From contig OZ024740.1 of the NCBI GenBank assembly GCA_964016885.1, positions 163,060,001 through 163,124,000 of the forward strand: DNA of 64,000 bases. Direction: 5' to 3'. The notes under the pieces were generated by a model that saw only the letters and a list, made by a program, of their open reading frames with translations, was not told the DNA's origin and searched no databases. Source of the stretch: Eledone cirrhosa (lineage: Eukaryota). Both the position numbers and the translations under genes were made by a program. Shown here piece after piece: positions 61,627 through 64,000 of this stretch; position 1 is the first letter of the stretch; each line of letters begins with the position of its first letter.

Positions 61627-64000
61627 ATGCCAAAGTTAAAGTCAAATTCACCTCGTGGACGAGAATGCGAGCACTCCTCTTTGTTTCGTCCGCGGATGGC
61701 TAACATAACCCTATCTCCTCCCGCCCCCCACCACCCCCACCCTCCAAACGCAACCCAAAACTTCAGAGTTGGTACCATAAATGTAGGCACCCTAAAGGGT
61801 CGCGCTAACGAGGTTGTAGAAATGCTTGAACGTAAGGAGGTCGATGTTTGTTGTATTCAAGAGACCAGGTGGAGGGGTGGGTCTGCCAGATTCATTGAGG
61901 GTAAAAAACGATGTTATAAGCTTTTCTGGGTGGGAAACGACGATGGGCTGGGTGGAGTAGGAATCATGGTAGCAGAAAAGTGGGCAGATAAGATAATAGA
62001 CGTAAATAGAGTGAACGACAGAATAATTAAAATAAGACTTGTCCTCAATAGAACTACGGTGACAGTAATATCTGCGTACGCACCCCAATCCGGACTGCCC
62101 GGCACTATAAAAGACAGATTCTATGAGACACTGTTGCTAACTACCTCCCAAATATCTGACAGTGACTATATAATTATTGCAGGCGACCTAAATGGTCACG
62201 TTGGACAACATTGTGACGGCTATGACGAAATCCATGGAGGCTATGGGTTTGGTACTAGAAATGAGGAAGGCTCCAGAATTCTGGAATACTGTGATGCAAA
62301 TAACCTAACTATCTGTAACACTAACTTCAAAAAACGTGACAATCACCTGATTACCTATAGATCCGGGGAACACACAAGCCAGGTAGATTATATCCTTACC
62401 AGAAGACGTGACAGAGTGTCTGTTGTAAACACTAAATCCCTCCCCCATGAAGAATGCACCTCCCAACATAGACTGATAATTAGCGACCTCATAGTCAGGA
62501 CGAGACGCACCCGACAGCAGAAGAGGACTATCCTCAGGAGGAAAATATGGAAACTAAAGGACCCCACAGCCAGAAATAAATTTCAAAGCATATTACTTGA
62601 TGCTTTCGACAGTAAGGAAGAGCATCTAGAATCGGACAATATAGAGGGACAGTGGAAATTCCTGAAAGCAAACCTGCTGTTGGCGACAGACGAAGTCTGT
62701 GGCTGGAGCAGGCCTGTAGGCAGGAGGAGAGTAACATGGTGGTGGAACAATAGGGTGGAGGGGTCAATTAAGGCCAAAAAGCAGGCTTGGAAAGTATGGC
62801 GGGATGGGGGAAGTAGAGTAGACTATCAAGTGGCCAGGAGGGAAGCTAGGAGAGAAGTGTACTTAGCAAGAAGGGAAGCTGAGGAAAGAAAGTTCAAGCA
62901 TGTTCTACAACGCGATGACCAAAAACGTGAGGTGTTCAGGATTGCCAGGCAATGCGTCAAGGAAAACCGTGATATTGTCGGGGAGAAGTGTGTACTTAAC
63001 GATGATGGCATACTTGCCATCACCGACACTGATAAGAAGGTAGCTTGGAAGTGTCACTATGAAAGGCTACTAAATGAGGAGAATAAATGGGAGAAAGACA
63101 GTCTCCCCCTTATCGACCCGATAGAGGGACCAGCAGTGTTAGTCGAGGGGAGTATAATAAGTAAGGCAATCAAGGATATGAAGACTGGTAAGGCGGCTGG
63201 GCCTTCGGAAATAGTTGCTGAGATGCTGAAGGCATCTGGCACGGTGGGACACACCATGGTCACCCGCATAGTTAACCAAGTCGTACAGAATGGGGTTGTT
63301 CCGAAGGACTGGCATAGCAGCATCATCGTTAACTGTTATAAGGGTAAAGGAGACGCCCTAGATAGGAGTAACTATAGAGGCATTAAATTAATCGACCAGG
63401 TCATGAAGGTCACGGAAAAAGTAATAGCGCAACTAATCAGAGAGAGAATTGATCTAGATGAAATGCAGTTCGGGTTTGTGTCAGGCAAAAGCACCACAGA
63501 CGCTCTTTTCATAGTACGACAACTACAGGAGAAGCACCTAGCTAAAGGTAAACCCCTCTACTTAGCTTTTGTCGACCTGGAGAAAGCCTTCGACAGAGTC
63601 CCCCGCTCCATTATCTGGTGGGCTCTTAGAAAACTAGGCGTTGACGAATGGCTTGTGAGGGCTATACAAGCCATGTATAAAGAAACAGTCAGCAAGGTTA
63701 GAATTAACAACGAATATAGTGAAGAGTTTAGCGTAAAAGTTGGCGTCCATCAGGGCTCTGTTCTCAGCCCCCTACTATTTATTATTGCCCTTCAGGCTAT
63801 AACAGAGGAGTTCAAGACAGGCTGCCCATGGGAACTCCTATACGCAGACGACCTGACACTCATAGCGGAATCAATGGCCGAGCTAGAGAAGAAATTCCAA
63901 ACATGGAAGCACGGCCTAGAGTCAAAAGGACTTAAAATTAACCTGGCTAAGACCAAAGTTCTAGTTTGTAGGAAAGAAAACAAGGCGGCGGTCCCTTCTG
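61627..64000 (+). CDS. RTE subfamily B ORF (APE endonuclease plus RT), open to window end
   Basis: In-frame ATGs at 61627 and 61696; GTINVGTL, IQETRW, SAYAPQ, GDLNGH and YADD; frame consistent to 64000. Confidence 0.9.
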   Translation, partial: MPKLKSNSPRGRECEHSSLFRPRMANITLSPPAPHHPHPPNATQNFRVGTINVGTLKGRANEVVEMLERKEVDVCCIQETRWRGGSARFIEGKKRCYKLFWVGNDDGLGGVGIMVAEKWADKIIDVNRVNDRIIKIRLVLNRTTVTVISAYAPQSGLPGTIKDRFYETLLLTTSQISDSDYIIIAGDLNGHVGQHCDGYDEIHGGYGFGTRNEEGSRILEYCDANNLTICNTNFKKRDNHLITYRSGEHTSQVDYILTRRRDRVSVVNTKSLPHEECTSQHRLIISDLIVRTRRTRQQKRTILRRKIWKLKDPTARNKFQSILLDAFDSKEEHLESDNIEGQWKFLKANLLLATDEVCGWSRPVGRRRVTWWWNNRVEGSIKAKKQAWKVWRDGGSRVDYQVARREARREVYLARREAEERKFKHVLQRDDQKREVFRIARQCVKENRDIVGEKCVLNDDGILAITDTDKKVAWKCHYERLLNEENKWEKDSLPLIDPIEGPAVLVEGSIISKAIKDMKTGKAAGPSEIVAEMLKASGTVGHTMVTRIVNQVVQNGVVPKDWHSSIIVNCYKGKGDALDRSNYRGIKLIDQVMKVTEKVIAQLIRERIDLDEMQFGFVSGKSTTDALFIVRQLQEKHLAKGKPLYLAFVDLEKAFDRVPRSIIWWALRKLGVDEWLVRAIQAMYKETVSKVRINNEYSEEFSVKVGVHQGSVLSPLLFIIALQAITEEFKTGCPWELLYADDLTLIAESMAELEKKFQTWKHGLESKGLKINLAKTKVLVCRKENKAAVPS

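Overview
AT-rich animal DNA that appears intergenic or intronic. It is probably cephalopod/octopus-like, inferred only from the repeat families. No host exon is supportable. The window is a nest of transposons joined by long imperfect (TA)n arrays, and the many 'YIYI' ORFs are artefacts of those arrays. Contents: (i) many copies of RTE-clade LINEs from three subfamilies, one with an ORF open from 61627 to the window end, carrying a C4HC3 PHD-type finger inside the RT; (ii) many Penelope-like element (PLE) pieces with GIY-YIG/RT remnants, pseudo-LTRs and fold-back inversions; (iii) a DD37D/maT transposon, a 5' Helitron fragment, tRNA-derived SINEs and bipartite RTE-derived non-autonomous elements. 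The main signal not visible in the ORF track is about 20 type I hammerhead ribozyme motifs, read by eye. They have family-specific palindromic stem III, recurrent non-canonical cores (U10.1·U11.1 and U3-A8) and enlarged stem II inserts. One of them sits in a terminally redundant 742-bp non-coding unit that looks like a retro-inserted circular RNA. The young RTE also shows complementarity between its start-codon region and its 3' UTR. All coordinates were read manually and may be a few bases off.
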